From Myxococcales bacterium (GTDB taxonomy: Bacteria > Myxococcota_A > Polyangia > Haliangiales > Haliangiaceae), in the NCBI GenBank assembly GCA_016707895.1, contig JADJGV010000034.1, forward strand, positions 757,625 to 821,624: 64,000 bases of DNA, in the 5' to 3' direction. Position numbers and translations under genes: made by a program. Below the pieces are notes generated by a model. That model was not told the DNA's origin and did no database searches. It was given only the letters and a program-made list of their open reading frames with translations. Of the stretch, positions 55,820 to 64,000 are shown piece by piece (position 1 is the first letter of the stretch; each line of letters starts with the position of its first letter).

Positions 55820-56803
55820 TCAGAAGTCGAAGCCGGTGGAGACCGAGAACGTCTTCTGGGCCGCGGCCTGATCGGTCGAGTCGCAGTTGGTGGTGCGCGA
55901 GTTGGTCGTGCACACCGCGTCGGTCGGGCGATCGTCGACCGAGTTGCCGGCCATCGCGTAGGTGCCCTCGAGGGTGATCGCGAACACGTAGTAGCGGAGC
56001 TTGGCGCCGACGAACACCCGGTGGCGGATGATGTCGTCCTGGTCGCGGAACACGAAGTCGAGGTCGCGGTCGGCCATGTTGGCCGGGTCGAGGCCGTCGA
56101 CGTTGGGCGTGGGATCGATGACCTCGGAGCGCGGGATGATGATCAGCGCGTCGTAGCCGAGGTACGGGTTGGCGTTCCAGGTGCCGCCGACGCCGAACTG
56201 CTTGCCGATCGACGCGTCGATCGAGACGACGGTCAGGTCGAGCTCCTTCTGGCCCATCAGGCGCGAGACCGCGCCGCGCACCGCCAGCGAGGGGATGGGG
56301 AGGTCGTGGTAGCCCTCGTGCAGCGCGAGCTTGGCGTAGCCCTGCGCGGTCCACAGCCGCGAGTCCATCAGGTGCACCGCGCCGGCGCCGAACTCGATCG
56401 ACGGCAGCGGGAGCCACATGCCCTTGCGGACGAACAGCCCGAGGTTGGGCAGCATGCCCTCGCCGTGGGCCATCGCGCCGGTGCCGCCGGGGTCGGGCGA
56501 CGCCTGCAGCGCGCGCCAGTAGGGCCGCGTCGACGAGATCGACGTCCACGCCAGATCGGCCGAGAACTGGAAGCCGCCGAAACCCAGCGTGTCGGCCGGC
56601 GTCGACAGCCGCGGCGCCAGCGCCACGCCCAGCTCGCTGACCAGCGATCGGAACTCGAGGTTCTGGCCGACGGTGTGCGGCGCCCCGGCGCCGTCGTCGA
56701 CCACGGTGCCCAGGCGGCCGAGCACGAGGTCGTTGTCGCCGGCCGACGCCGCGCGCGGGCAAAGCCAGAGGGCCGCGGTGAGGACCAAGGCATTACGCCG
56801 CAT
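55820..56803 (-). CDS. Outer-membrane beta-barrel protein
   Basis: Signal peptide MRRNALVLTAALWLCPRAASA. There is an alternating hydrophobic beta-strand pattern and a terminal aromatic residue (the sequence ends GFDF). The overlapping 317-aa ORF 55809..56762 is an Arg-rich artefact. Confidence 0.65.
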   Translation of the reverse strand: MRRNALVLTAALWLCPRAASAGDNDLVLGRLGTVVDDGAGAPHTVGQNLEFRSLVSELGVALAPRLSTPADTLGFGGFQFSADLAWTSISSTRPYWRALQASPDPGGTGAMAHGEGMLPNLGLFVRKGMWLPLPSIEFGAGAVHLMDSRLWTAQGYAKLALHEGYHDLPIPSLAVRGAVSRLMGQKELDLTVVSIDASIGKQFGVGGTWNANPYLGYDALIIIPRSEVIDPTPNVDGLDPANMADRDLDFVFRDQDDIIRHRVFVGAKLRYYVFAITLEGTYAMAGNSVDDRPTDAVCTTNSRTTNCDSTDQAAAQKTFSVSTGFDF

Positions 56804-56863
56804 TACCGGGAGGGTAGGGCGCGGCCGTCCATCTCGTCAACACGTCCGGGCTCTCGCGGGTTT

Positions 56864-56930
56864 GCGTCTTGGGTGGGGGCCCCGCGGGGGCATGACCCCG
56901 CGGGGGAGGGTTTGGCGACAAACCCTCAGC
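56864..56930. repeat. Intergenic palindromic element, copy B
   Basis: GCGTCTTGGGTGGGGGCCCCGCGGGGGCATGACCCCGCGGGGGAGGGTTTGGCGACAAACCCTCAGC. It has two self-complementary CCCCGCGGGG blocks and an AGGGTTTG-GCGA-CAAACCCT hairpin. It lies in a divergent intergenic region. Confidence 0.65.
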
Positions 56931-56949
56931 AGCGGGGTACCGTGCCTGG

Positions 56950-57726
<777 letters not shown>

Positions 57727-57831
57727 GGTCGGCCTTGCGCCGCCGCGCCCGGCGCAGTACGGACTAGCATCCTGACCTGGACCGCCCACCCCGCGCGCCG
57801 CCGCCCCGATCAGATCGCGCTGATCGTCGCG

Positions 57832-58176
57832 GTGGCGTTGCTGTCGGCGTGGGCGGTGCTGGTGACGCTCGAGGCCCCGTGGCTGGCGGCGCTGGCGGTG
57901 GTGATGATCGCCGCGGCGGTGGCGCCGTTCTGGCTGCCGACGCGCTACCGGATCGACGACGGCGGCATCGAGGAGCGGCGCTGGCCGCGGCGCCGGCGGC
58001 GCAGCTGGCCCGAGCTGCGGCGGGTCGAGGTCGGGCCGCGCGCGCTGCTGGTGTCGCCGTTCGCGCGGCCGTCGTGGCTGGATCGCTACCGCGGCATGGT
58101 CGTCATGTTCGACGGCGGCGACCGCGCGGCGATCGTCGCCGCGGTGCGAGCCCGGATCGGCGAGGGCGCGGCGTGA
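57832..58176 (+). CDS. Small membrane-anchored protein
   Basis: An N-terminal TM hairpin is followed by a short soluble domain. The stop overlaps the next start in a GTGA arrangement. The start is uncertain, and the ORF is open from about 57770. Confidence 0.4.
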   Translation: MALLSAWAVLVTLEAPWLAALAVVMIAAAVAPFWLPTRYRIDDGGIEERRWPRRRRRSWPELRRVEVGPRALLVSPFARPSWLDRYRGMVVMFDGGDRAAIVAAVRARIGEGAA

Positions 58177-58457
58177 CCGCGGGCGACGCCGCCGAGGCCG
58201 CGCTGACCGCCGACGACCGGGCGATGCTCGACGAGCTGGCCGACGCGATCGCCGCGCGCCGGCTGACCTCGGCCGCGATCTTCTTCCTCGAGTCGATCCA
58301 GCCGCTGGGCTACCTGGGCAGCCAGCTGATGCTGGGGCTGCGGCCGCTGGTGTCGATCGTCTGGCCGTCGCCGGTGCGCTGGGACCAGGTGCAGCGGGTG
58401 CTCGAGCAGCGCGGCGCGATCGAGGCGCTGCTGCGCCGGCTCGAGGCCCGGGCCTAG
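58173..58457 (+). CDS. Small hypothetical protein (94 aa)
   Basis: It is translationally coupled to the upstream gene and ends 6 bp before the GlmL-like gene. A hydrophobic segment is present (SAAIFFLESIQPLGYLGSQLMLGL). Confidence 0.4.
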   Translation: MTAGDAAEAALTADDRAMLDELADAIAARRLTSAAIFFLESIQPLGYLGSQLMLGLRPLVSIVWPSPVRWDQVQRVLEQRGAIEALLRRLEARA

Positions 58458-58462
58458 GCCCC

Positions 58463-60322
58463 GTGATACAACGGCCGGCGATGTCCGCGCACCCGCACGC
58501 CGCGCCCGCGATCGATCCGGCGGCGATCCGCTCGGTGATCGCGACCGACTGCGGGTCGACCACCACCAAGGCGATCCTGATCGAGCGGAACGCCGCCGGC
58601 GAGTACCGGCTGACCGCGCGCGGCGAGGCGCCGACCACGGTCGAGGCGCCGGTCGAGGACGTCACCCGCGGCGTGCTCAACGCGGTGCGCGAGATCCAGG
58701 AGCTGCGCGGCCGGCAGTTCCTGTCCGACGGCAGCGCCGCCCACCCCCACGGCGCCGACGGGCCGATGATCCTGCGCCCCGAGCAGGACGGCGTCGGCAC
58801 CGACCTCTACATCTCGACCAGCTCGGCCGGCGGCGGCCTGCAGATGATGGTGGCCGGCGTGGTCAAGAACATGACCGCCGAGAGCGCCACCCGGGCCGCG
58901 CTGGGCGCCGGCGCGATCGTCATGGACGCGATCGCGGTCAACGACAGCCGCCTGCCGCACGAGAAGATCGAGCGCATCCGGCAGCTCCGCCCCGACATGA
59001 TCCTGCTGGCGGGCGGCACCGACGGCGGCACCCGCAAGCACGTCGTCGCGCTGGCCGAGCTGTTGCGCGCGGCCCAGCCCCGGCCGCGGCTGGGCGCCGG
59101 CTTCGACCTGCCGGTGATCTACGCCGGCAACCGGATGGTGCGCGGCGACGTGCGAGCCATCCTCGACGGCCGGGTCGCGCTGCAGTTCGTCGACAACCTG
59201 CGGCCGACGCTCGAGACCGAGCACCTCGCGCCGGCCCGCGACGCGATCCACGACGTGTTCATGGACCACGTCATGGCCCAGGCCCCGGGCTACGGCAAGC
59301 TGATGAGCTGGGCCGACGCGCCGATCATGCCGACGCCGGGCGCGATGGGGCTGATCATCCAGGCGCTGGCGGCGCGGGACCAGGTCAACGTCGTCGGCGT
59401 CGACATCGGCGGCGCCACCACCGACGTGTTCAGCGTCTTCGACGGCACCTTCAACCGCACGGTCTCGGCCAACCTCGGCATGTCGTACTCGGTGTCCAAC
59501 GTGCTGGCCGAGGCCGGGCTGGCGTCGATCCAGCGCTGGGTGCCGTTCCCGCTCGATCCCGCCGAGCTGCGCGATCGCATCGGCGGCAAGATGATCCGCC
59601 CGACGACGATCCCCGAGACGCTCGAGGAGCTGAAGATCGAGCAGGCGATCGCCCGCGAGGCGCTGCGGCTGTCGTTCATCCAGCACCGCACGTTCGCGGT
59701 GAAGCTGCACGGCGCGCAACAGGCGCGGTCGATCGCCGACGCCTTCGCGCAGGGCGGCTCGGACTCGCTGGTCGACCTGATGAAGCTCGATCTCCTGGTC
59801 GGCTCGGGCGGCGTGCTCAGCCACGCGCCGCGCCGCGCGCAGTCGATGCTGATGATGATCGACGCGTTCCTGGTCGAGGGCGTCACCGAGATCGCGGTCG
59901 ACTCGATCTTCATGATGCCGCACCTGGGCGTGCTGTCGACGATCCACCCGGCGGCGGCCACCGAGGTGTTCGAGAAGGACTGCCTGGTCCGCCTGGGCAC
60001 CTGCGTCGCCACCGTCGGCGCGCCCAAGCACGGCCCGGCGCTGACCGTCGAGCTGCGCCTGCCGGGCGGCAGCACCCAGAAGCTCGAGCTGGCCGCCGGC
60101 GCGCTCGAGCTGGTGCGGCTGGCCGACGGCGAGTACGCCGAGGCCACGCTGACCCCGGCCCGGGGCGTCGACGTCGGCGCCGGCCCCGGCGAGCGGCTCG
60201 AGCGCCGGCTGCGCGGCGGCCAGGTCGGGCTGGTGTTCGACGCCCGCGGCCGCCGGCCGCTCGACGTCGTCGGCGATCACGCGGCCGAATGGGCCCAGGC
60301 CATGGCCTTGTACCCGAGCTGA
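58463..60322 (+). CDS. GlmL/MutL-family (glutamate-mutase-L-like) actin-fold (ASKHA) ATPase
   Basis: The N-terminal phosphate-1 motif is ATDCGSTTTKAIL, and a second nucleotide-binding motif is GVDIGGATTDVF. The 619-aa length is typical of the GlmL family. Confidence 0.75.
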   Translation: MIQRPAMSAHPHAAPAIDPAAIRSVIATDCGSTTTKAILIERNAAGEYRLTARGEAPTTVEAPVEDVTRGVLNAVREIQELRGRQFLSDGSAAHPHGADGPMILRPEQDGVGTDLYISTSSAGGGLQMMVAGVVKNMTAESATRAALGAGAIVMDAIAVNDSRLPHEKIERIRQLRPDMILLAGGTDGGTRKHVVALAELLRAAQPRPRLGAGFDLPVIYAGNRMVRGDVRAILDGRVALQFVDNLRPTLETEHLAPARDAIHDVFMDHVMAQAPGYGKLMSWADAPIMPTPGAMGLIIQALAARDQVNVVGVDIGGATTDVFSVFDGTFNRTVSANLGMSYSVSNVLAEAGLASIQRWVPFPLDPAELRDRIGGKMIRPTTIPETLEELKIEQAIAREALRLSFIQHRTFAVKLHGAQQARSIADAFAQGGSDSLVDLMKLDLLVGSGGVLSHAPRRAQSMLMMIDAFLVEGVTEIAVDSIFMMPHLGVLSTIHPAAATEVFEKDCLVRLGTCVATVGAPKHGPALTVELRLPGGSTQKLELAAGALELVRLADGEYAEATLTPARGVDVGAGPGERLERRLRGGQVGLVFDARGRRPLDVVGDHAAEWAQAMALYPS

Positions 60323-60343
60323 TTCGCTATCTTCCTCCGACCC

Positions 60344-61465
60344 ATGGGCGACGCCTACACCCCCGGCCTGACCGTCACGCGGCGCACCCGCGTGCGCAAG
60401 CCGCGGCGGCTGCCGATGCCGGGGAAGGTGCTGCGCAAGGTCGGTGATCGCGTCACGTCGCAGGACGTCGTCGCCCGCACCGAGCTGCCGGGCAAGGTCC
60501 ACCTGCTCAACCTGGCCAACGCGCTGGGCGCGCTGCCCGACGAGCTGGCCGCCAAGCTGCTGGTGCAGCCGGGCGGCGCGGTGACCAAGGGCGCGCCGCT
60601 GGCCCGGAGCGCCAGCTTCTTCGGCCTGTTCAAGCACACCGTCGCGTCGCCGATCACCGGCACGCTCGAGTCGGTGTCGGCGGTGACCGGCCAGGCGGTG
60701 CTGCGCGAGCCGCCGGTGCCGGTCGAGGTGCGGGCCTACGTCGACGGCGAGGTGGTCGAGCTCCTCGGCGACGAGGGCGTCGTCGTCGAGACCGAGGCGG
60801 CGTTGATCCAGGGCATCTTCGGCCTGGCCGGCGAGGTCCACGCGCCGATCGCGATGGTCGCCACGAGCTGCGACCAGCCGCTGACCGCGGCCGACGTCAC
60901 CGCCGCGCACCAGGGCAAGGTGATCGTCGGCGGGGCCCGGGTGTCGCTCGCGGCGATGCGGAAGGCGATGGACCTCGGCGTCGCGGCGATCGTCAGCGGT
61001 GGCTTCGCCTACCAGGACGTGCGCGAGCTGCTCGGCTACGACGTCGGCGTCGCGGTCACCGGCACCGAGGACCTGCCGACGACCTTGGTCGTGACCGAGG
61101 GTTTCGGCGACATCGCGATGGCCAAGGCGACGTTCGCGCTGTTGCAGTCGTTCGACGGCCGGCCCGCGTCGGTGTGCGGCGCCACCCAGATCCGCGCCGG
61201 CGTGATCCGCCCCGAGGTGGTCATCCCGGTCGGCGCCGACGCCGCCGCGGCCGACGAGGTCGCGCCGCCGGCCGGGCTGGCGGTGGGCGCGCCGGTGCGC
61301 TGCATCCGCGCGCCGTACTTCGGCAAGCTGGGGACGATCAGCGCGCTGCCGACCGCGCTGCACACGCTGCCGTCGGAGACCAAGGTGCGGGTGGTCGAGG
61401 TGGCGCTGGCCGGCGGCGAGGTGGTCACGGTGCCGCGCGCCAACGTCGAGGTGATCGAGCGATGA
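60344..61465 (+). CDS. Hypothetical protein with an N-terminal barrel-sandwich hybrid (lipoyl-like) domain; operon partner of the GlmL-like ATPase
   Basis: PMPGKVLRKVGDRVTSQDVVARTE and SPITGTLESVSAVTGQAV fit the two halves of a barrel-sandwich hybrid motif. The remaining roughly 230 aa were not recognised. The stop overlaps the next start in an ATGA arrangement. Confidence 0.55.
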   Translation: MGDAYTPGLTVTRRTRVRKPRRLPMPGKVLRKVGDRVTSQDVVARTELPGKVHLLNLANALGALPDELAAKLLVQPGGAVTKGAPLARSASFFGLFKHTVASPITGTLESVSAVTGQAVLREPPVPVEVRAYVDGEVVELLGDEGVVVETEAALIQGIFGLAGEVHAPIAMVATSCDQPLTAADVTAAHQGKVIVGGARVSLAAMRKAMDLGVAAIVSGGFAYQDVRELLGYDVGVAVTGTEDLPTTLVVTEGFGDIAMAKATFALLQSFDGRPASVCGATQIRAGVIRPEVVIPVGADAAAADEVAPPAGLAVGAPVRCIRAPYFGKLGTISALPTALHTLPSETKVRVVEVALAGGEVVTVPRANVEVIER

Positions 61466-62904
61466 GGGCGCTGATCGTCGGGCCGCTCGTCGCGCTCGCG
61501 CTCGGGCTCGCCACCGCCGCGGCGGCGCAGCCGAGCCTGACGCCGTTCCCCGACGAGCCGCCGCCGGCGCACGCCGGGCCGCGGCCGGCGCCGACCGATC
61601 CGAACCAGCCGACCCCGCCGGGCCCGCCGGCCCCGCCGCCGCTGACGCCGATCGAGCCGCCGCCGCCGGTGCGGCCGCCGCCGGTCGAGGCGGTGGTGCC
61701 GGGCGTGACCGACCTCGAGGTCGTGGCGCCGGACAACGACGACGGCCGCCACCTGCGCGTGACCTTCAGGCGCGCGCCCGACGTCGCCGACGACGTCGTC
61801 ACCGCGGTGTTCCGCCGGCCCCACGGCGCGGTCGGCGCGCCGCCGGTGTACCCGACGCTCCTGGCGCCAGCCGCCGGGACCGCGCCGCGCACCTGGGATC
61901 CCACCTTCGCCGGCGCGCCCGATGTCGCGGTCGGCGCGCCGGCCACCGGCGACGCGGTCGGCCCGTGGACGCTGACCGCGCTGCTCGAGGGCGGCGAGGA
62001 CGTCGTCGTCGACGAGGTGCCCCCGGGCGGCACCTACGAGTACGTCGTGGCCGAGCTGCGCCGCGGCCCCGGCAAGGCGGTCGTGGCCAGCTCGGTCGGC
62101 GCGGCGATCGGCCCGCGCACGCCCGCGGCCGCGGTGTTCAACACCGACCGGGTCGGCTACCTCGGCATCGTGCTCTTGATCGCCGGGCTGATCGGCTACT
62201 ACGTGCGCGCGGCCAAGGGCCGCAAGCAGGACCTGTACGTGCGGCGGCTGCCCGGCGTCGACGCGATCGAGGACTCGATCGGCCGCTCGACCGAGATGGG
62301 CCGGCCGGTGCTCTACGTGACCGGCCTCGAGGACATCCAGAACATCCAGACCATCGCGTCGCTGCTCATCCTCGGCCACGTCGCCGAAAAGACCGCGCAG
62401 TACGACACCGACCTCACCGTCGCCAACTACTACCCGCTGACGATGGTGGTGGCCGAGGAGGTCGTGCGCCAGGGCTACGCCAACGCGGGCCGGGTCGACG
62501 CCCACCGCCCCGAGCGCTGCCTGTTCATCACCGCCGAGCAGTTCGCGTTCGCCGCCGGCGTCAGCGGCATCATCCTGCGCGACCGGCCGGCCACCAACAT
62601 CTACTTCGGCACGTTCTACGGCGAGTCGCTGCTCCTGGCCGAGACCGGCTTCCTCACCGGCGCGGTGCAGATCGCCGGCACCGCCGAGCTGACCCAGCTG
62701 CCGTTCTTCATCACCGCCTGCGACTACACGCTGATCGGCGAGGAGCTGTACGCGGCGTCGGCGTACCTGACCAAGGAGCCCACCTTGCTCGCCAACCTCA
62801 AGGCGGCCGACGCGTTCAAGATCCTGGCGATGCTGTTCATCGTCGTCGGCGTGACGCTGGCGACGATGGGCGTGTTCGACCTGGGCCCGGCGGTGTTCAA
62901 GTGA
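61462..62904 (+). CDS. Membrane protein with a Pro-rich periplasmic N-terminal region and a large conserved C-terminal domain
   Basis: Signal peptide MRALIVGPLVALALGLATAAAA. A Pro-rich segment precedes a TM helix (VGYLGIVLLIAGLIGYYV), a conserved soluble domain, and a terminal TM helix. The stop overlaps the next start in a GTGA arrangement. Confidence 0.55.
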   Translation: MRALIVGPLVALALGLATAAAAQPSLTPFPDEPPPAHAGPRPAPTDPNQPTPPGPPAPPPLTPIEPPPPVRPPPVEAVVPGVTDLEVVAPDNDDGRHLRVTFRRAPDVADDVVTAVFRRPHGAVGAPPVYPTLLAPAAGTAPRTWDPTFAGAPDVAVGAPATGDAVGPWTLTALLEGGEDVVVDEVPPGGTYEYVVAELRRGPGKAVVASSVGAAIGPRTPAAAVFNTDRVGYLGIVLLIAGLIGYYVRAAKGRKQDLYVRRLPGVDAIEDSIGRSTEMGRPVLYVTGLEDIQNIQTIASLLILGHVAEKTAQYDTDLTVANYYPLTMVVAEEVVRQGYANAGRVDAHRPERCLFITAEQFAFAAGVSGIILRDRPATNIYFGTFYGESLLLAETGFLTGAVQIAGTAELTQLPFFITACDYTLIGEELYAASAYLTKEPTLLANLKAADAFKILAMLFIVVGVTLATMGVFDLGPAVFK

Positions 62905-63821
62905 AGAAGACCGTGCCGCTGGTGATCGGGATGATCTTCGGCGCGTTCGCGCTGGCCGAGTTCTACATCCCGCACCACCAAGTGGGCGCGCTGTCCAACG
63001 AGTTCCGCTCGTGGGCCGCGATCCTGTCGGCGGCGGCGTTCATCATCGGCGGCGTCAACATCCTGCAGGTGACGTGGCCCAAGATCCGCCGGCGCGAGCC
63101 GGACTGGGGCTACAAGGTGGTGCTGCTGGGGGCGGCGGCGGTGATGCTGGTGGTCGGCCTGCCGTGGCACAAGCTGGGCGATCCGCCGAGCCGTCCCACC
63201 GTGACGTTCGGGCCGAGCCTGCCGCCGTCGGCGCCCGGCGAGCGACCGCCCGCGGCCGTCGTGTTCGTGCAGGTGCCGGCCGACGTGACCTATCAGGTCG
63301 GCGCCACCGTCGGCGTCGGCACCGGCGATCCGGAGCCGGTCAGGGTCGCGGCCGGCGAGGTGACGATCAAGCTGTCGCGGCGGGTCGCCGGCTACCGCCC
63401 GCTCGAGACCAAGGTGACCGTGGCGGCCGGCGACACCGTCAACGTCGAGGGCGACCCGCCGATGCTGTGGGGGCGCGACGGCCGGGTGTTCGTGTGGATC
63501 TACGACCACGTCTTCGGCCCGGCCAACGCCACCTTGTTCGCGCTCTTGGCCTTCTTCGTCGCCTCGGCGGCGTTCCGCGCGTTCCGGGCCCGCAACGCCG
63601 AGGCCGCGCTGCTGCTGGGCGCGGCGATCTTCATGATGCTGGGCCGCGCGCCGCTGGGCCGCGCCATCTCCGACGTGCTGCCCGATCTGGCGCAGTGGCT
63701 GCTCGACGTGCCGTCCAACGGCGGCCGCCGCGCGATCATGATGGGGGCGGCGATCGGCGCCATCGCCACCGGCCTGCGGGTCATCCTCGGGCTCGAGCGC
63801 TCGCACCTGGGGAACGACTGA
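62901..63821 (+). CDS. Polytopic membrane protein
   Basis: Multiple TM helices with a central soluble region. The stop abuts the next ATG in a TGATG arrangement. Confidence 0.55.
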   Translation: MKKTVPLVIGMIFGAFALAEFYIPHHQVGALSNEFRSWAAILSAAAFIIGGVNILQVTWPKIRRREPDWGYKVVLLGAAAVMLVVGLPWHKLGDPPSRPTVTFGPSLPPSAPGERPPAAVVFVQVPADVTYQVGATVGVGTGDPEPVRVAAGEVTIKLSRRVAGYRPLETKVTVAAGDTVNVEGDPPMLWGRDGRVFVWIYDHVFGPANATLFALLAFFVASAAFRAFRARNAEAALLLGAAIFMMLGRAPLGRAISDVLPDLAQWLLDVPSNGGRRAIMMGAAIGAIATGLRVILGLERSHLGND

Positions 63822-64000
63822 TGGCCGCCGCCCGCGAACACTGGAGCGAGCGCCTGCAGCGCTTCGACCGCCGCTGGATCTTCCTGGTGATGGCGGTGGC
63901 GGTGGTGGTGCCGCTGTTCTGGCCGCTGGGGCTGCCGGCCAAGCCCGACGCGATGACCAAGGCCGCGTACAACGCGGTCGAGGCGCTGCCGACCTGCGAG
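63822..64000 (+). CDS. Membrane protein, 5' fragment that continues beyond the window
   Basis: MAAAREHWSERLQRFDRRWIFLVMAVAVVVPLFWPLGLP includes a TM helix. The ATG immediately follows the upstream stop. Confidence 0.45.

Noticed and set aside
55809-56762. 317-aa ORF (MPARGVGRRQRPRARPP...)
   Set aside because: It is an alternative frame of the outer-membrane barrel gene at 55820..56803 and has Arg/Pro-rich low-complexity composition.

Overview
This is a 64-kb, very GC-rich (about 72%) chromosomal window. Nearly every long six-frame ORF has an equally long Arg/Ala/Gly-rich shadow ORF on the other strand, so genes were called from recognisable protein-family signatures, signal peptides and lipoboxes, RBS-like purine runs, and 4-bp ATGA/GTGA start-stop overlaps rather than from ORF length. 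The gene content suggests a myxobacterium-like organism (Myxococcota, Polyangia-like), but that is only a guess: many secreted lipoproteins, a sigma-54 NtrC-type regulator with its kinase, FG-GAP, Kelch and NHL beta-propeller lipoproteins, TPR proteins, and a 13E12-type HNH endonuclease.

Housekeeping genes are metH, a PatB/MalY C-S lyase, cystathionine beta-synthase, a yggS-maf pair, a proC-yggU pair, prfC, an enoyl-CoA hydratase, and a phosphate-porin plus purple-acid-phosphatase pair.

Two candidate undescribed systems stand out:
- A divergent pair of a two-domain AAA+ ATPase and a DUF4157 (zincin-like HExxH) protein with a roughly 330-aa C-terminal domain of unknown function, followed by a lipoprotein that could be an immunity protein. 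This looks like an orphan effector-loading module with no contractile-injection structural genes in the window.
- A tightly coupled operon led by a GlmL/MutL-family (actin-fold) ATPase with no B12 mutase partner, followed by a protein with a barrel-sandwich hybrid domain and three membrane proteins.

Other notable features:
- A family of roughly 65-bp intergenic palindromic elements in three copies, with compensatory stem changes.
- A 39-bp tandem repeat array with a CCCACGTGGG core.
- A structured leader upstream of a 3D-domain cell-wall gene that resembles a c-di-AMP (ydaO-type) riboswitch.
- A (CCCGAT)10 microsatellite.
- A small secreted protein with an 11-residue VDAFPD repeat whose DNA superficially resembles a CRISPR array.
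- A small ORF interrupted by an in-frame TGA.
- Paired TGTCCG/CGGACA palindromes upstream of the HNH gene.
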